From: Thermodesulfobacteriota bacterium
GTDB lineage: Bacteria > Desulfobacterota > Desulfobacteria > Desulfobacterales > C00003060
NCBI GenBank assembly: GCA_034189385.1
Contig: JAXHVD010000030.1
Location: forward strand, 1-44,649
Length of the DNA: 44,649 nt
Reading direction: 5' to 3'
A program made the translations under genes and the position numbers. Numbering within the stretch: the stretch's first letter is position 1; each line of letters starts with the position of its first letter. A model generated the notes under the pieces. That model saw nothing but the letters and a program-made list of their open reading frames with translations. It was not told where the DNA came from and made no database searches. Positions 28,131-38,549 of this stretch are shown piece after piece.

Positions 28131-29552
28131 ATGTTGATTCTTGTAAGCCTCTCCATCATCACTGCTGCTATTGTCATCATCCTGGTCCAAAGGTATCGGC
28201 TTTCTTTGAAGGGTCCGATCTGGGGAGATGCGTTTACCTACCTCAAGATTGCTCTGGAGATTCGAGAGCAGAAGAGACTTCCCAAGCACCTTGACTGCTA
28301 TTACACGGGCTCAGATTCGACAGAGGAGTTTACACTTCCGCCCCTCCTGATGGTTTTACTTGCGCCCTTTAGCTATTTCCCGTATGCGAGAGTCGTGTGG
28401 TTTCCTACTGCTCTTAATCTCGCACTTGTCCCTCTCATTTTCTGCTCGTGTGTGGTCCTGTTTGACGCGTCTTTTTACCAAAGTCTGACGGCAGCCCTGT
28501 TGTATCTGGTGACACCGATGAATGCAAATAATTCTAACTATTTGACGCCAAGGCCATTAGGGCTGTTCTTCTTCTTCCTTTTCAACATCTCTTTTTCACT
28601 GTATGTTTCACGCCTGGACATCGTTTATGCCATCTTGGCCACTCTCTCACTTTCCCTGGCCTTCCTTTCCCAGCGGATGGTATCGCAGATTGTCTATATC
28701 TGCACGCCTTTGCTGGCCGTTATAGGTTTTGTCCTTTATGATTCCGCAAGCTTCCTTCTTCTGCTTCCAACGCTGGTCTTGGCCCTGCTCTTGGCCATTC
28801 TACTCAGTCGCGGGCATTTCCTTTCCATCGTCAGTGACCACTTCCGACGCATATACCTCCATGTAAAACATGGGCAGCAAAGCACTTTTGAAAAACGACT
28901 GGGGAATCCGATTCAGGTACTCAAAATGAATCCGTGGGTCTTTTTCTTCATATGGTCTCTTTATATCAAGTCCTCCTTTGAAGGTGGCCATTTTCTGTTC
29001 TCGGGCTATGCCACAGGAACGATCTTGCTGGCCATTTTCTGGTACCTGGGAAATGGCATCAACCACATATACTTCACCACCCCGTTCCTCCTTCCCTTTC
29101 TGGCTGAGCATCTTTTCGTGAGGGTCGACTTCACGATTCTTATGATTTTGGGGGTAGTGTTTTCGACATGGGTCATTCTGAGGGAAGGGAGGGTATTCAG
29201 AAGGAAGTATATAAGTGAAGATTGGCTTGAGTGTTTCAAGTTCATTGCAAAAATGGATTTGCAGGGCCGGGTCCTGGTGGTGCCGATGATATCCTGTTCG
29301 CCAATACTGTACTATACGGATCTACAGCTTGTTTCTTCCGGCCATGGAAGCGGGGCCATGTCTTTCAATAGGTTGTATTTGCAGAAGAATATTTCAGACA
29401 ACGGCTTCTTGTGTCGCTTTTTGGAGGAGCATCACGTCGATTTCATACTCTTGGAAGGCGATTTCAAGCGCTCTCTGGAGTGTAGTTCTTTGCCGCTGCA
29501 GAGACTCTTCGCGAATCAGACACTCACTCTGTATCAGAATGGATCGGTTTAG
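28131..29552 (+). CDS. Polytopic membrane protein (GT-C-like architecture)
   Basis: First TM followed by a WGDAFTYL loop and PPLL; about 11 hydrophobic segments; soluble C-terminal domain ending VDFIL...LFANQTLTLY. Confidence 0.6.
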   Translation: MLILVSLSIITAAIVIILVQRYRLSLKGPIWGDAFTYLKIALEIREQKRLPKHLDCYYTGSDSTEEFTLPPLLMVLLAPFSYFPYARVVWFPTALNLALVPLIFCSCVVLFDASFYQSLTAALLYLVTPMNANNSNYLTPRPLGLFFFFLFNISFSLYVSRLDIVYAILATLSLSLAFLSQRMVSQIVYICTPLLAVIGFVLYDSASFLLLLPTLVLALLLAILLSRGHFLSIVSDHFRRIYLHVKHGQQSTFEKRLGNPIQVLKMNPWVFFFIWSLYIKSSFEGGHFLFSGYATGTILLAIFWYLGNGINHIYFTTPFLLPFLAEHLFVRVDFTILMILGVVFSTWVILREGRVFRRKYISEDWLECFKFIAKMDLQGRVLVVPMISCSPILYYTDLQLVSSGHGSGAMSFNRLYLQKNISDNGFLCRFLEEHHVDFILLEGDFKRSLECSSLPLQRLFANQTLTLYQNGSV

Positions 29553-29583
29553 TTCCCTTGGGCACCCTCGATAGTTGGCCTGC

Positions 29584-30678
29584 ATGAGAATTTGTTTTCT
29601 TGCTCAGACGGTATATCCCTTTTTCAATAGCTCGGTCCCCATGAAAACTGTTGGCGGTGCAGAGCTCCAGCAGTATTTGATAGGAAGGGGGCTCCGAGAA
29701 GCAGGGCATGAGGTCTGCTACCTAACACTCGACTACGGCCAACCAAGAATCCAGACAATTGATGGAGTGGGCTTTATAAAGACGTATGCTTCGAACGACG
29801 GCATCCCCGTTTTGCGATATTTCTACCCTAGGCTATATGCCATCTGGCGGGGGTTGCGGCAAGCGGACGCTGACATCTACTATTTAAGAGGCGCCTCCTT
29901 CTTGACGAGCGTACTTTTCCTGTTCTGCCGTCTGACTAACAAAAGGTTTGTGTTTGCTGCTGCCCATGACACAGATTTCATACCCAAACAAGCCCTCATC
30001 AGCAACCCTCGTGACCGCATTCTGTATCGGTGTGGCCTGCCCAAGGCGGACGCAATCATCGTCCAGTCACAGGCGCAGCAACGGCTTTCGGAGCGGACCA
30101 TGTCTAGGAAGGGAGTCCTAATACGAAGCATGTATGCATGCGGATCCCGGAGTGCAATCGAGAGAAAGCACGTGCTCTGGGTCTCAACGCTTCGGCACTG
30201 GAAGCGCCCTGGACTGTTCCTTGATCTGGCTACCCTGCACCCGGATGAGGAATTCGTGATGATCGGGGGCCGGGGACACGACAGGGTATTGTATGACCGG
30301 ATCAGAACGCGAGCGTCCAGCATTTCCAATGTACGGTTCCTTGGTTTTCGGCCCTTTGAGGAAACAGAAGCCTTTTTCGATCGGGCCAAGATTTTCGTGA
30401 ACACCTCAGAACATGAGGGTTTCCCTAATACCTTCCTCCAAGCATGGAGTCGGGGCGTTCCGGTACTTTCCTTCGTGGACCCAGACGATGTCATCGCCAC
30501 ACATGGACTGGGAGAGGTAGTCACCTCACAGGATGAGCTTGATGGGGCTTTCAGGAAATTGATCAGAGAACACGCTTCGTATGCGGCACGAATTTCAAAT
30601 TATTTTGAGGAAAATCATTCCCTTGCCGCCATTCGGCAATATGAGAAGCTCTTTCATGACCTGCTCCGCGCCCCGTAG
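29584..30678 (+). CDS. Glycosyltransferase family 4
   Basis: GGAELQQ, WKRP and EGFPNTFLQAWSRGVP. Confidence 0.92.
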   Translation: MRICFLAQTVYPFFNSSVPMKTVGGAELQQYLIGRGLREAGHEVCYLTLDYGQPRIQTIDGVGFIKTYASNDGIPVLRYFYPRLYAIWRGLRQADADIYYLRGASFLTSVLFLFCRLTNKRFVFAAAHDTDFIPKQALISNPRDRILYRCGLPKADAIIVQSQAQQRLSERTMSRKGVLIRSMYACGSRSAIERKHVLWVSTLRHWKRPGLFLDLATLHPDEEFVMIGGRGHDRVLYDRIRTRASSISNVRFLGFRPFEETEAFFDRAKIFVNTSEHEGFPNTFLQAWSRGVPVLSFVDPDDVIATHGLGEVVTSQDELDGAFRKLIREHASYAARISNYFEENHSLAAIRQYEKLFHDLLRAP

Positions 30679-31807
30679 ACGGGTACTCATCCTGATTAGC
30701 TCGTTGGTGCATGGGGGCGCCGAAAAGCAAACAATCGATTTGATCAATAACATCCAGGATAGGAGCCTGGAGCTTGGTCTCTGCTTTTTCGGGAGAAACG
30801 ACGACCTCGTAGGCTTTCTGGCAAGAGACAGGCTTTCCGAGTTCAAATGCCTTGATAAGAAGGCGTTTTTCGATTTTCGTATGTTGAGGAAACTGTTGGC
30901 TGTTATTCGTAGGTTTCAGCCAGATGTCATTTTGTGCGTGAATCCCTATCCGGGATTGTATGCCAGAGCCGCCAGGATCTTGTCAGGCAAGAACTACAAG
31001 ATTGTTCAATCCATACACTCAACCTTTAGTGAAAACCAAAAACATGACTTATGTGTTCGGGTTTTATACCGATATACTATTAACAGTAGTGATGTTGTTG
31101 TTTTTGTGAGTCAGAACCAGAAGAGACACTGGGTTGACCATTATCGGGTTTCTGATACAAAGAGCACGCACATCTATAATGGCGTCGATCTCGAGGCTTA
31201 TAAAAGCAATTTTAGTGGCCGAGACAGGCAGCGGCTGCTTTCCCAGATTGGGTTCTCCTCAAGGCATATTGTCCTTGGGCTCTGCGCCACGCTCCGGGCG
31301 CTCAAGAGACACACCGATCTCATTGGCGCAGGGAAAATTCTCCGTGATAGGGGCTATGACGTGAAGCTTCTGTTTATTGGCGACGGCGAGGAACGGCAGC
31401 GGATTGAACAATACGCCCGTGACAAGGGTATGGGACATCATCTTGCCATGACCGGGTTCCAAAAAGACGTCCGCCCATATGTCGAGCTGGCGGACATCAT
31501 GGTCTTGCCGTCACGGACCGAGGCGTTTCCCATGTCCATCATTGAGTCTATGGCCCTTGGAAAGCCCATAGTCGCCACGAATGTTGGAGGCATTCCTGAG
31601 CAGGTGGTTCACGGCGAAAACGGGTACTTATACCCTCCTGGTGACGTTTATGCCCTCGCGAAATATCTGGAAATGATAATCCGGGAAGACACGGCTGAGC
31701 CCATGGGAGAGCGGTCGCGTAGACTGGCGGAAAAGAACTTCTCTATGGAAGGTATGGTTTTTGCATATAAACAGTTGTTGCACAATCAACTTACAGACAA
31801 GGGGTGA
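30656..31807 (+). CDS. Glycosyltransferase family 4
   Basis: GGAEKQ, IYNGVD and EAFPMSIIESMALGKP. Confidence 0.93.
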   Translation: MTCSAPRRRVLILISSLVHGGAEKQTIDLINNIQDRSLELGLCFFGRNDDLVGFLARDRLSEFKCLDKKAFFDFRMLRKLLAVIRRFQPDVILCVNPYPGLYARAARILSGKNYKIVQSIHSTFSENQKHDLCVRVLYRYTINSSDVVVFVSQNQKRHWVDHYRVSDTKSTHIYNGVDLEAYKSNFSGRDRQRLLSQIGFSSRHIVLGLCATLRALKRHTDLIGAGKILRDRGYDVKLLFIGDGEERQRIEQYARDKGMGHHLAMTGFQKDVRPYVELADIMVLPSRTEAFPMSIIESMALGKPIVATNVGGIPEQVVHGENGYLYPPGDVYALAKYLEMIIREDTAEPMGERSRRLAEKNFSMEGMVFAYKQLLHNQLTDKG

Positions 31808-33351
31808 TAATCGTGAGGACACACCTTTGGTTCCTGTCTTTTTCGCTGGTGATATTCACTTTTTCGTCACTAAGAGATGGCCTTTCTGCAACCTACTATG
31901 TGAAAAACGGGGGTCATGACACGGCTACCGGCTTGAGCGATGCAGAAGCGTGGCAGACAATCCAAAAGGTGAACGAATTTGCCTTCTCCGATGGGGATGT
32001 GCTTTGTCTAAAAAGAGGAAGCGTCTTCAGCGACACATTCCTGAACAGCCCCCAAGTGGACCATTTCACCTTTAGGGCCTATGGGACCGGCCCCCTTCCG
32101 CACATTGACGGAAGCAAAACAGCCTCTATACGGATCAAGCAGAGCCACACGATCCAGAACCTTATCATACGAGACATTGATATAAGCGGTATGGATTGGA
32201 AGAAGGACAAGGCATCGAATGCAGTCATTGAAAGGGTCCACAACCTTGCACTCCATAGCCTTGTCTTTGACGGCCATCGGAATTCAGTTTCTTCAGAGGG
32301 GAAGACCGCCATCACGATCGAAAACTGCAGTGGAAACATTACTATCAAGAACTGCCAATTGTCCAATTTCGGGCCAATAGGGCTTCCTGTGATGGGACGG
32401 GATTTCATGGGACTTGCCTTGATCGGTATCGAAAGTGGCTCCTATGAGATCAGGGACAACACCATACATGATGGCAACGCGGACTGCATCCATTTGTATC
32501 ATTGCTCCGCAACGGGGTCGGTTTTCAACAACATACTCTTCAATGCAGGTGAGAACTGTATCGACATCAAGGGGAGCTCAAACGTACACGTGTACGACAA
32601 TGAGTTATATAGAACGCCCGACTTCCTGGCACTTGGAGGAAGCGGAAGTGCGGGAGGGCTGATAGTGGCCCATGCAACTGGTGAACAGGCCTGTTCCAAA
32701 CTTGAAATCAACGGAAACGTCTTCAAAACAAGCAATACACCGGGTCTGATCACTGGAAACGCAAAGAATATAGACGTTTACGACAATACCTTCGACGAAA
32801 TGATGGGCGCCATTCGGATAGGCAATCATACTGAAGGAATCCATATACATCATAATCTGTTCCTTAATCCGAAGTCCCTAATGCACGATAACGGCATGGA
32901 CGTTGGATGTATCTATGTGAACAACTCCCGTTCCGGGACGCAGATATACAACAACACAGTTTATAACGAACGGGGGGACTGCCTTGCCCTGTTGGCAATC
33001 GGCTACTCAAATAGGAACAAGGTGTTCCGCAACATTTTCTATCAGTCAAAGCCCAATGGATTGTGTCTGGTGTACACAGGACACGGCTTGGATCCGGTCA
33101 TTTATGAAAACTGCTGGTTTAGTGGCGCAAATGAGAAACTGATAAAATATAGAGGCAAGGTCTACACGCAGGCAGAGGAGAATGAATGGAACACCATTGC
33201 TTCGAATGATAGATTCGCCGACCCGCTGTTCGTTGACCCGGCGAACAAGAACTTTGAAACAAAAGATGCCACCCCCTGCAAGACCGGTGGCGCGGTGTGG
33301 GGTAACACTGGCAGTGCGCTATCCCCCCCCAAAAACATGACCATTCACTAA
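31804..33351 (+). CDS. Secreted right-handed parallel beta-helix protein (polysaccharide lyase/modifier-like)
   Basis: Signal peptide, TYYVKNGG...AWQTI, many N/I-rich PbH1-like repeats, DPLFVD. Confidence 0.85.
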   Translation: MIIVRTHLWFLSFSLVIFTFSSLRDGLSATYYVKNGGHDTATGLSDAEAWQTIQKVNEFAFSDGDVLCLKRGSVFSDTFLNSPQVDHFTFRAYGTGPLPHIDGSKTASIRIKQSHTIQNLIIRDIDISGMDWKKDKASNAVIERVHNLALHSLVFDGHRNSVSSEGKTAITIENCSGNITIKNCQLSNFGPIGLPVMGRDFMGLALIGIESGSYEIRDNTIHDGNADCIHLYHCSATGSVFNNILFNAGENCIDIKGSSNVHVYDNELYRTPDFLALGGSGSAGGLIVAHATGEQACSKLEINGNVFKTSNTPGLITGNAKNIDVYDNTFDEMMGAIRIGNHTEGIHIHHNLFLNPKSLMHDNGMDVGCIYVNNSRSGTQIYNNTVYNERGDCLALLAIGYSNRNKVFRNIFYQSKPNGLCLVYTGHGLDPVIYENCWFSGANEKLIKYRGKVYTQAEENEWNTIASNDRFADPLFVDPANKNFETKDATPCKTGGAVWGNTGSALSPPKNMTIH

Positions 33352-33638
33352 AGATTCCGTTTTCCCTCCCCTGCTGTGCAAATACAGGAAGTTAGGTATT
33401 GCCCTGGGGCGCACCCATACAGGCATAAGCCCCTCGCCTTTTGAAACCTGTGTTTAGCAGACAGACCGATGCTCCTGTATTCTCCTCCATAAGACACGGC
33501 CGCAACTTCCACATTTCGTTGTGCTAATGTGTCTTCAACAAAAAACCGGAGTCTAGAGCCACGGTCAACGAATTCAGTCGAAACCCCCATGGAGCGCCCA
33601 TCCGAGCGGCTCTCCTTGAGTCCTGAACAGGCCTGTTG

Positions 33639-34757
33639 ATGAAAGTCATCGTTACTGTACCTTATTTGTATCGTTTGGGTGGTGTGGCAAATTTCTTTGA
33701 AGTAATGGCGGGCCATTTCGGTGCTGACGACACCTACTTTGAAATCGGTTCAGTCAGGGCGGCGGAGAACCTCCTGCGAAGGACTGCTCATCTCCTTGGC
33801 GACTGGGCGGGCTTCACCAGGCACTTGCGAAACCGAAAAGGGGAATATGACATCGCGCATATTAATCCGTCCTTTGGCCATGCAGCACTGATTAGAGATG
33901 GCGGGTTGATTGGGATAGCAAAGAGCCATGGTTTGAAGACCGTGGTCTTCTTCCACGGCTGGAATGATTCCACTTTCCAGACGGTCAGGAAGTATTTTGG
34001 ATATCTGTTCTATTCCACATTCAACAAGGCAGACGCCTTTGTGGTACTGGCCAAAGAATTCGGTGAGCGGTTGCGCGATTGTGGATTCACCCAACCCATC
34101 TGGATACTCTCAACACCCGTGTCCGATGAGCTTCTGGATGGCTTTTCCATTGACGATCATCTGAAGCGAATAGAGCGGGATGGCATGACAACCCTGCTAT
34201 TTCTATCAAGGATTGAACTGGTCAAGGGCATTGCAGAGACCGTGAAGGCCTTTGACCTGGCCAAGAAGAAGTATCCGCAATTGCGCTTGCTTATTGCTGG
34301 CTCAGGTCATTACAGCGGTAAGTTGAAAGAGGAGATAGAGCGGATGGAATCAAGGGATTCCATTCAGATCCTGGGCTATGTCTCGGGCCAGGAAAAGAGG
34401 CGTGCCTTTGAGGAGGCGGATGCTTATGTCTTTCCCACCTATCATCATGAAGGGATGCCGACTTCTGTTTTGGAGGCTATGGCTTTTGGGCTGCCCGTGA
34501 TCACGCGGCCTGTTGGAGGGATCAGGGATTTCTTCGTCAACGAGGAGCACGGTTACGTGACAGAGAGTAAGAATCCTACGGTCATCGCTTCCCTCATAGA
34601 GCGGATGCTCGTTGACAGGGGATTGACGGTGAGAATGAGCCGATCGGTTCACGAATACGCCAAAGAGCGATTCATGGCATCTGTTGTTGCAGGCAGGCTG
34701 ACAGATATTTATGAGAAGACTCTGGCGGGAGATGAGGCAGCATCTGCCAGGCAGTGA
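33639..34757 (+). CDS. Glycosyltransferase family 4
   Basis: GGVANF, LSRIELVKG and EGMPTSVLEAMAFGLP. Confidence 0.93.
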   Translation: MKVIVTVPYLYRLGGVANFFEVMAGHFGADDTYFEIGSVRAAENLLRRTAHLLGDWAGFTRHLRNRKGEYDIAHINPSFGHAALIRDGGLIGIAKSHGLKTVVFFHGWNDSTFQTVRKYFGYLFYSTFNKADAFVVLAKEFGERLRDCGFTQPIWILSTPVSDELLDGFSIDDHLKRIERDGMTTLLFLSRIELVKGIAETVKAFDLAKKKYPQLRLLIAGSGHYSGKLKEEIERMESRDSIQILGYVSGQEKRRAFEEADAYVFPTYHHEGMPTSVLEAMAFGLPVITRPVGGIRDFFVNEEHGYVTESKNPTVIASLIERMLVDRGLTVRMSRSVHEYAKERFMASVVAGRLTDIYEKTLAGDEAASARQ

Positions 34758-34758
34758 A

Positions 34759-36072
34759 ATGAAAGAGCCAGCAAAGCAGTTCCCGAACATTTCAGTCGTC
34801 GTGTCGGACAGCCTATGTACGGGGTGTGGAATATGCTCTGGAATTTGTCCAGCGTCCGCGATTAGCATTGATTCAGATCACAAAACTGGCTTGAACCGGC
34901 CACTGATTGACGTAGACAAGTGCACTGAATGTGGCCTCTGCCTGAGAGTCTGCCCTCCCCTGAACTGGAATAAGATTTGTACCATGGAATACAACAACGG
35001 CGCATTCTTATTGCTTTCAGAGGGTGAGTCGGAGACCTGGGCGGCCCATGCCGTGGACGATGACATCCGAGACAGGGGAGCTTCTGGTGGATTTGTGACA
35101 GCTTTCCTGCTGGAACTACTACAAAAGGGCGAGATCACAGGCGCCGTCCTAGTCAGAAGAAATGCCGATGCCCCTCTTGAAGCAGAAGCATTCATTGCTC
35201 GCAGTAGTTCCGAGATCGTGGAAGCGGCTGCTTCCAAATACTGCCCCGTTTCTTATGACAAGCTATTCGCACGTCTCAGAGTGCTTAAGCCAGACGATGA
35301 ACGTCTTGCAGTTGTGGGCCTGCCATGCCATATCGCCGGACTCTCTAGGGCAGAATCAGTATATCCGCGCCTGACTAAGATGACAGCCTTGAGAATTGGA
35401 ATCGTCTGCGGTGGCATTTCATCACGATTGGCATATGACTATATCCTTAAGAAGCTAGGAATAGACTCACAGAATGTGACTGCATTTTCAAATCGCGGTG
35501 GAGGCTGGCCGGGATATATGTCCTTCCATCTAAAGAGCGGCGAAGTGGTCAGGATTCCATATCAGCATTGGCTTTCAATGGGAACGGTATTGAGTTCACC
35601 CCTTTGCCGTCCGGCAGCATGTCTTTTGTGCCGGGACCCTCTTGGTTTTCAAGCAGATATTTCCGTTTCAGACGCATGGCTGCCTCGATATTCTGAGAAT
35701 AAAAGAGGCGTATCTCTTGTTTTGGCAAAGACTGAAGTTGGCAAAAGGATGCTCCACAATTGCCAACACAGCTTACGGCACGAGCCCTGTACCTTTGCTG
35801 ATTTTGTGAATGCCAATCGAAGGGTCTTTATTTCAAAGATAAGACATGCGGAGTACGGTATTAAATGGTTTGTGGCCTCAAACTGCCGAAGTCGATATGT
35901 CCCGACGAGTGTTTCAGATGTCGACTACACCCTTTGGACCAAGATTATTCTATGGTCCTACTACCAACATTTGCGGATCATCTGGAAATGGCTGCCTTCG
36001 GCTCATTTCAACATGATGTGTCGTCCGTTGTTAGTTTATCTCAAGATCCTGACCTACTTAAAGAACCGATGA
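34759..36072 (+). CDS. FrhB/FdhB-like (F420 hydrogenase beta subunit family) oxidoreductase with N-terminal 2x[4Fe-4S]
   Basis: CTGCGICSGICP, CTECGLCLRVCP, ASGGFVT, SKY, VGLPCHI and ADISVSDAW. Confidence 0.9.
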   Translation: MKEPAKQFPNISVVVSDSLCTGCGICSGICPASAISIDSDHKTGLNRPLIDVDKCTECGLCLRVCPPLNWNKICTMEYNNGAFLLLSEGESETWAAHAVDDDIRDRGASGGFVTAFLLELLQKGEITGAVLVRRNADAPLEAEAFIARSSSEIVEAAASKYCPVSYDKLFARLRVLKPDDERLAVVGLPCHIAGLSRAESVYPRLTKMTALRIGIVCGGISSRLAYDYILKKLGIDSQNVTAFSNRGGGWPGYMSFHLKSGEVVRIPYQHWLSMGTVLSSPLCRPAACLLCRDPLGFQADISVSDAWLPRYSENKRGVSLVLAKTEVGKRMLHNCQHSLRHEPCTFADFVNANRRVFISKIRHAEYGIKWFVASNCRSRYVPTSVSDVDYTLWTKIILWSYYQHLRIIWKWLPSAHFNMMCRPLLVYLKILTYLKNR

Positions 36073-36081
36073 GTTGAAAAG

Positions 36082-37362
36082 ATGGCAAAGATGGCTCGCA
36101 TCTTAGTCTCCCAACATTACAGCAGGAATATGGGTAACGTTTCACTGCTTTACACATTAGTGGAGGCCCTAAAAGAGGAACTTCCTGAGGCGAAAATCAC
36201 TGTGGGCTCGTTCGAGCCTGATGAAACCCGGAAACTTTTTGATTACGACTGCTGTGAGTGGCCCTTTGTAACCCGACACCTCGTCGACCGCAAAGGGGCG
36301 AAAAGGGTCCTCGCCGGGCTCGTTGAACTGTCACTTATTGTTATGCAGATTATGGCCGCTGTTGCAGTAAGGCTTCGGTTCGCGAAGGTGGAACAATTGA
36401 GGGGGCGCTTACGGCCTCTTGGAATAATTTGCGAAAGTGATGTGGTGATTTCACCAGGCGGTCATCTCTTCACAAGTTTCAATCCTTTCATCGGAGTCTG
36501 TGCGCACTTTTTCCCGTGTTTCTTAGCCTGGATCGTCGAGACTCCGTATGTGGTTATCGGACAGACCCTCGGTCCCTTTTTCGGATTGTGGAGGCATCCA
36601 GACGCCATGATCACCTCTTTTCTCTTGAGGAAAGCGAGTTATGTATCAACACGAGAGTACAGTTCCTTTGAGAATCTGGGTGAATATGGAATTCCAACGG
36701 AGAAGATTAAGAAGACAAGTGAACTGGTCTTCCTTTACCCTGAAGAGCCTAAGGACGGCGAGAAAGCTGTGGCTAACGACCAAGCAGAAGTCCTGGGCAT
36801 TACCTTTCACCACATATACTATAAATACTGGATGACCACAGAAGACTATGTTCAGCGTATGTCGGACTTTCTTCGCCGGGTTACGGACAGGTTTGATTTT
36901 TCGGTAAAATTCATTTCGATGGAAAAATCCTACAAAGGGCGGGGCGACGGTTCGCTGTTAAAGCTGATTAAGAGCCGTCTTCCCGAGGAGCTTGACATTG
37001 AGCTCGTCAATGTTGACATGGGCGCAAAGAAAGTGCTTGATATCTTCGGGGGCCTCGATTTCCTCTGCGCCACCAAGACACACTCTGTGGTCTACGGACT
37101 CAGGAAGGCAGTCCCGACTTTGGCCGTTGCATATGACCCCAAAACGCTGGAGTTTATGAAGGAGTTCCACGTGGAGAGGTATAGCATACCTCTAAAAGAT
37201 TTTGACAGCGAAGAAGCCTATAAGCGGTTTAGTGAACTGGTGATGAACAAGAATCGAGTGAAAAGGGAACTCGCTTCGGCCTTGCCACGAGTTCAGATGG
37301 AAGCGTTAGCCAATATTCATGCCATCAACGCCACTCTGGAAAGACAAACATCAACTCCTTGA
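36082..37362 (+). CDS. Polysaccharide pyruvyltransferase family protein (WcaK-like)
   Basis: NMGN, PGG, GQTLGPF, TREYSS, TKTHS and AYDPK. Confidence 0.88.
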   Translation: MAKMARILVSQHYSRNMGNVSLLYTLVEALKEELPEAKITVGSFEPDETRKLFDYDCCEWPFVTRHLVDRKGAKRVLAGLVELSLIVMQIMAAVAVRLRFAKVEQLRGRLRPLGIICESDVVISPGGHLFTSFNPFIGVCAHFFPCFLAWIVETPYVVIGQTLGPFFGLWRHPDAMITSFLLRKASYVSTREYSSFENLGEYGIPTEKIKKTSELVFLYPEEPKDGEKAVANDQAEVLGITFHHIYYKYWMTTEDYVQRMSDFLRRVTDRFDFSVKFISMEKSYKGRGDGSLLKLIKSRLPEELDIELVNVDMGAKKVLDIFGGLDFLCATKTHSVVYGLRKAVPTLAVAYDPKTLEFMKEFHVERYSIPLKDFDSEEAYKRFSELVMNKNRVKRELASALPRVQMEALANIHAINATLERQTSTP

Positions 37363-38524
37363 TGTCGTGGACGACTGCCTGAAAAGGATTGTACGTAGGC
37401 GGTATATGGGAGTTGACCCTGCCGACCTGATGCACTCGAAAGCGGGGTTTGTGCGGCGACAAGGCAGCCGGGTCCTTCGTTTCCTGACGGTTGTCAACTT
37501 CTATTCCCCCATCAATCTTAGACCATTCCTGAGGATTGAAGAGGCAGAGAATAGTAGCGCCATGGTTGTGCTGGGCTCGGTGTTTCTTAAAATGTATACT
37601 CTGACAGGAGATGAGGAATGGCTGAACAAGGTATCCTTTATAGTTGGGTGGCTGGAAAGCCGCGCGAAGGTAGTTGATGGCACGATGGGTTGGGCTAGAA
37701 CGATCGATTATCAGGCAGGCAGACGCTGCACCCACGGGGAGACCTCGACGCTGACTTTCATCAATGCCAAGGCGGCAGAGCTGTTTCTGGAGCATTATGA
37801 ACTGACGGGGGACCAGCATTCCCTGGAGCTTTTAGCCTCTGTGTGCAGGCACCTGACCCGTTATACGAAGCGCATATCTAGAGGAAGTGGGATCTGCCTC
37901 AGCTACGCGGCGGCCGATGAGATAGAGATCTACAATGCGTCAATTCTTGCCGGTCAAGTGCTTAATCGCTACTCGGTTATTCGTGAAGACAGGGAGTGTA
38001 TGGACCTGTCAATGCGTATTCTTGAATATGCTCTTGATCGACAACACCGGGACGGTTCTTGGTATTATAGCATCAAGAAAGACGGAAGCGAGAAGAAACA
38101 GATAGACTTTCACCAGGTTTACATGCTTGATGGAATAAGGAAATATAGCCGTGTTGAGGAGGGGAAACTGAGAGAGAGGGCCTTTGAAGCCTTCAGCATT
38201 GGGACACGGTTTTACATTGAGAGGTTGTTTGACAAAAGAATGTATCCTTACTGGCGGTACCCATTGAAATTCCCGATAGACATTCATAACGTGTCCCATG
38301 GGGTGTACTTCCTTTCCAGGTATTTGCCAGAGTTCCCCGAGTACAGAGAGAAGCTTTTGCGTCTTGTCGAGATTTGCATAACAGGGTTCTATGATCGGGA
38401 GCGTAACTTCTTTTATTATCAAAAATATCCATTTCTAACTGTTAAGCATGATTTTTTAAGATGGAATACGGCCTGGGCGTTGTATGGCCTTGTGGAGTAT
38501 CTCCAGCGCGTTGAGAACTGTTAG
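37319..38524 (+). CDS. Hypothetical alpha/alpha-toroid protein common in capsule loci (glycosidase/epimerase-like fold)
   Basis: SPINLRPFL, IYNASIL, QHRDGSWYY, IDFH, PIDIHN, FYYQK and RWNTAW. Confidence 0.7.
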   Translation: MPSTPLWKDKHQLLDVVDDCLKRIVRRRYMGVDPADLMHSKAGFVRRQGSRVLRFLTVVNFYSPINLRPFLRIEEAENSSAMVVLGSVFLKMYTLTGDEEWLNKVSFIVGWLESRAKVVDGTMGWARTIDYQAGRRCTHGETSTLTFINAKAAELFLEHYELTGDQHSLELLASVCRHLTRYTKRISRGSGICLSYAAADEIEIYNASILAGQVLNRYSVIREDRECMDLSMRILEYALDRQHRDGSWYYSIKKDGSEKKQIDFHQVYMLDGIRKYSRVEEGKLRERAFEAFSIGTRFYIERLFDKRMYPYWRYPLKFPIDIHNVSHGVYFLSRYLPEFPEYREKLLRLVEICITGFYDRERNFFYYQKYPFLTVKHDFLRWNTAWALYGLVEYLQRVENC

Positions 38525-38549
38525 CCCTTGAAATGATAATAGGAAGGCT

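Noticed and set aside
34759..36072. Methanogen-type F420 hydrogenase
   Set aside because: No other hydrogenase subunits; the context is a capsule locus.
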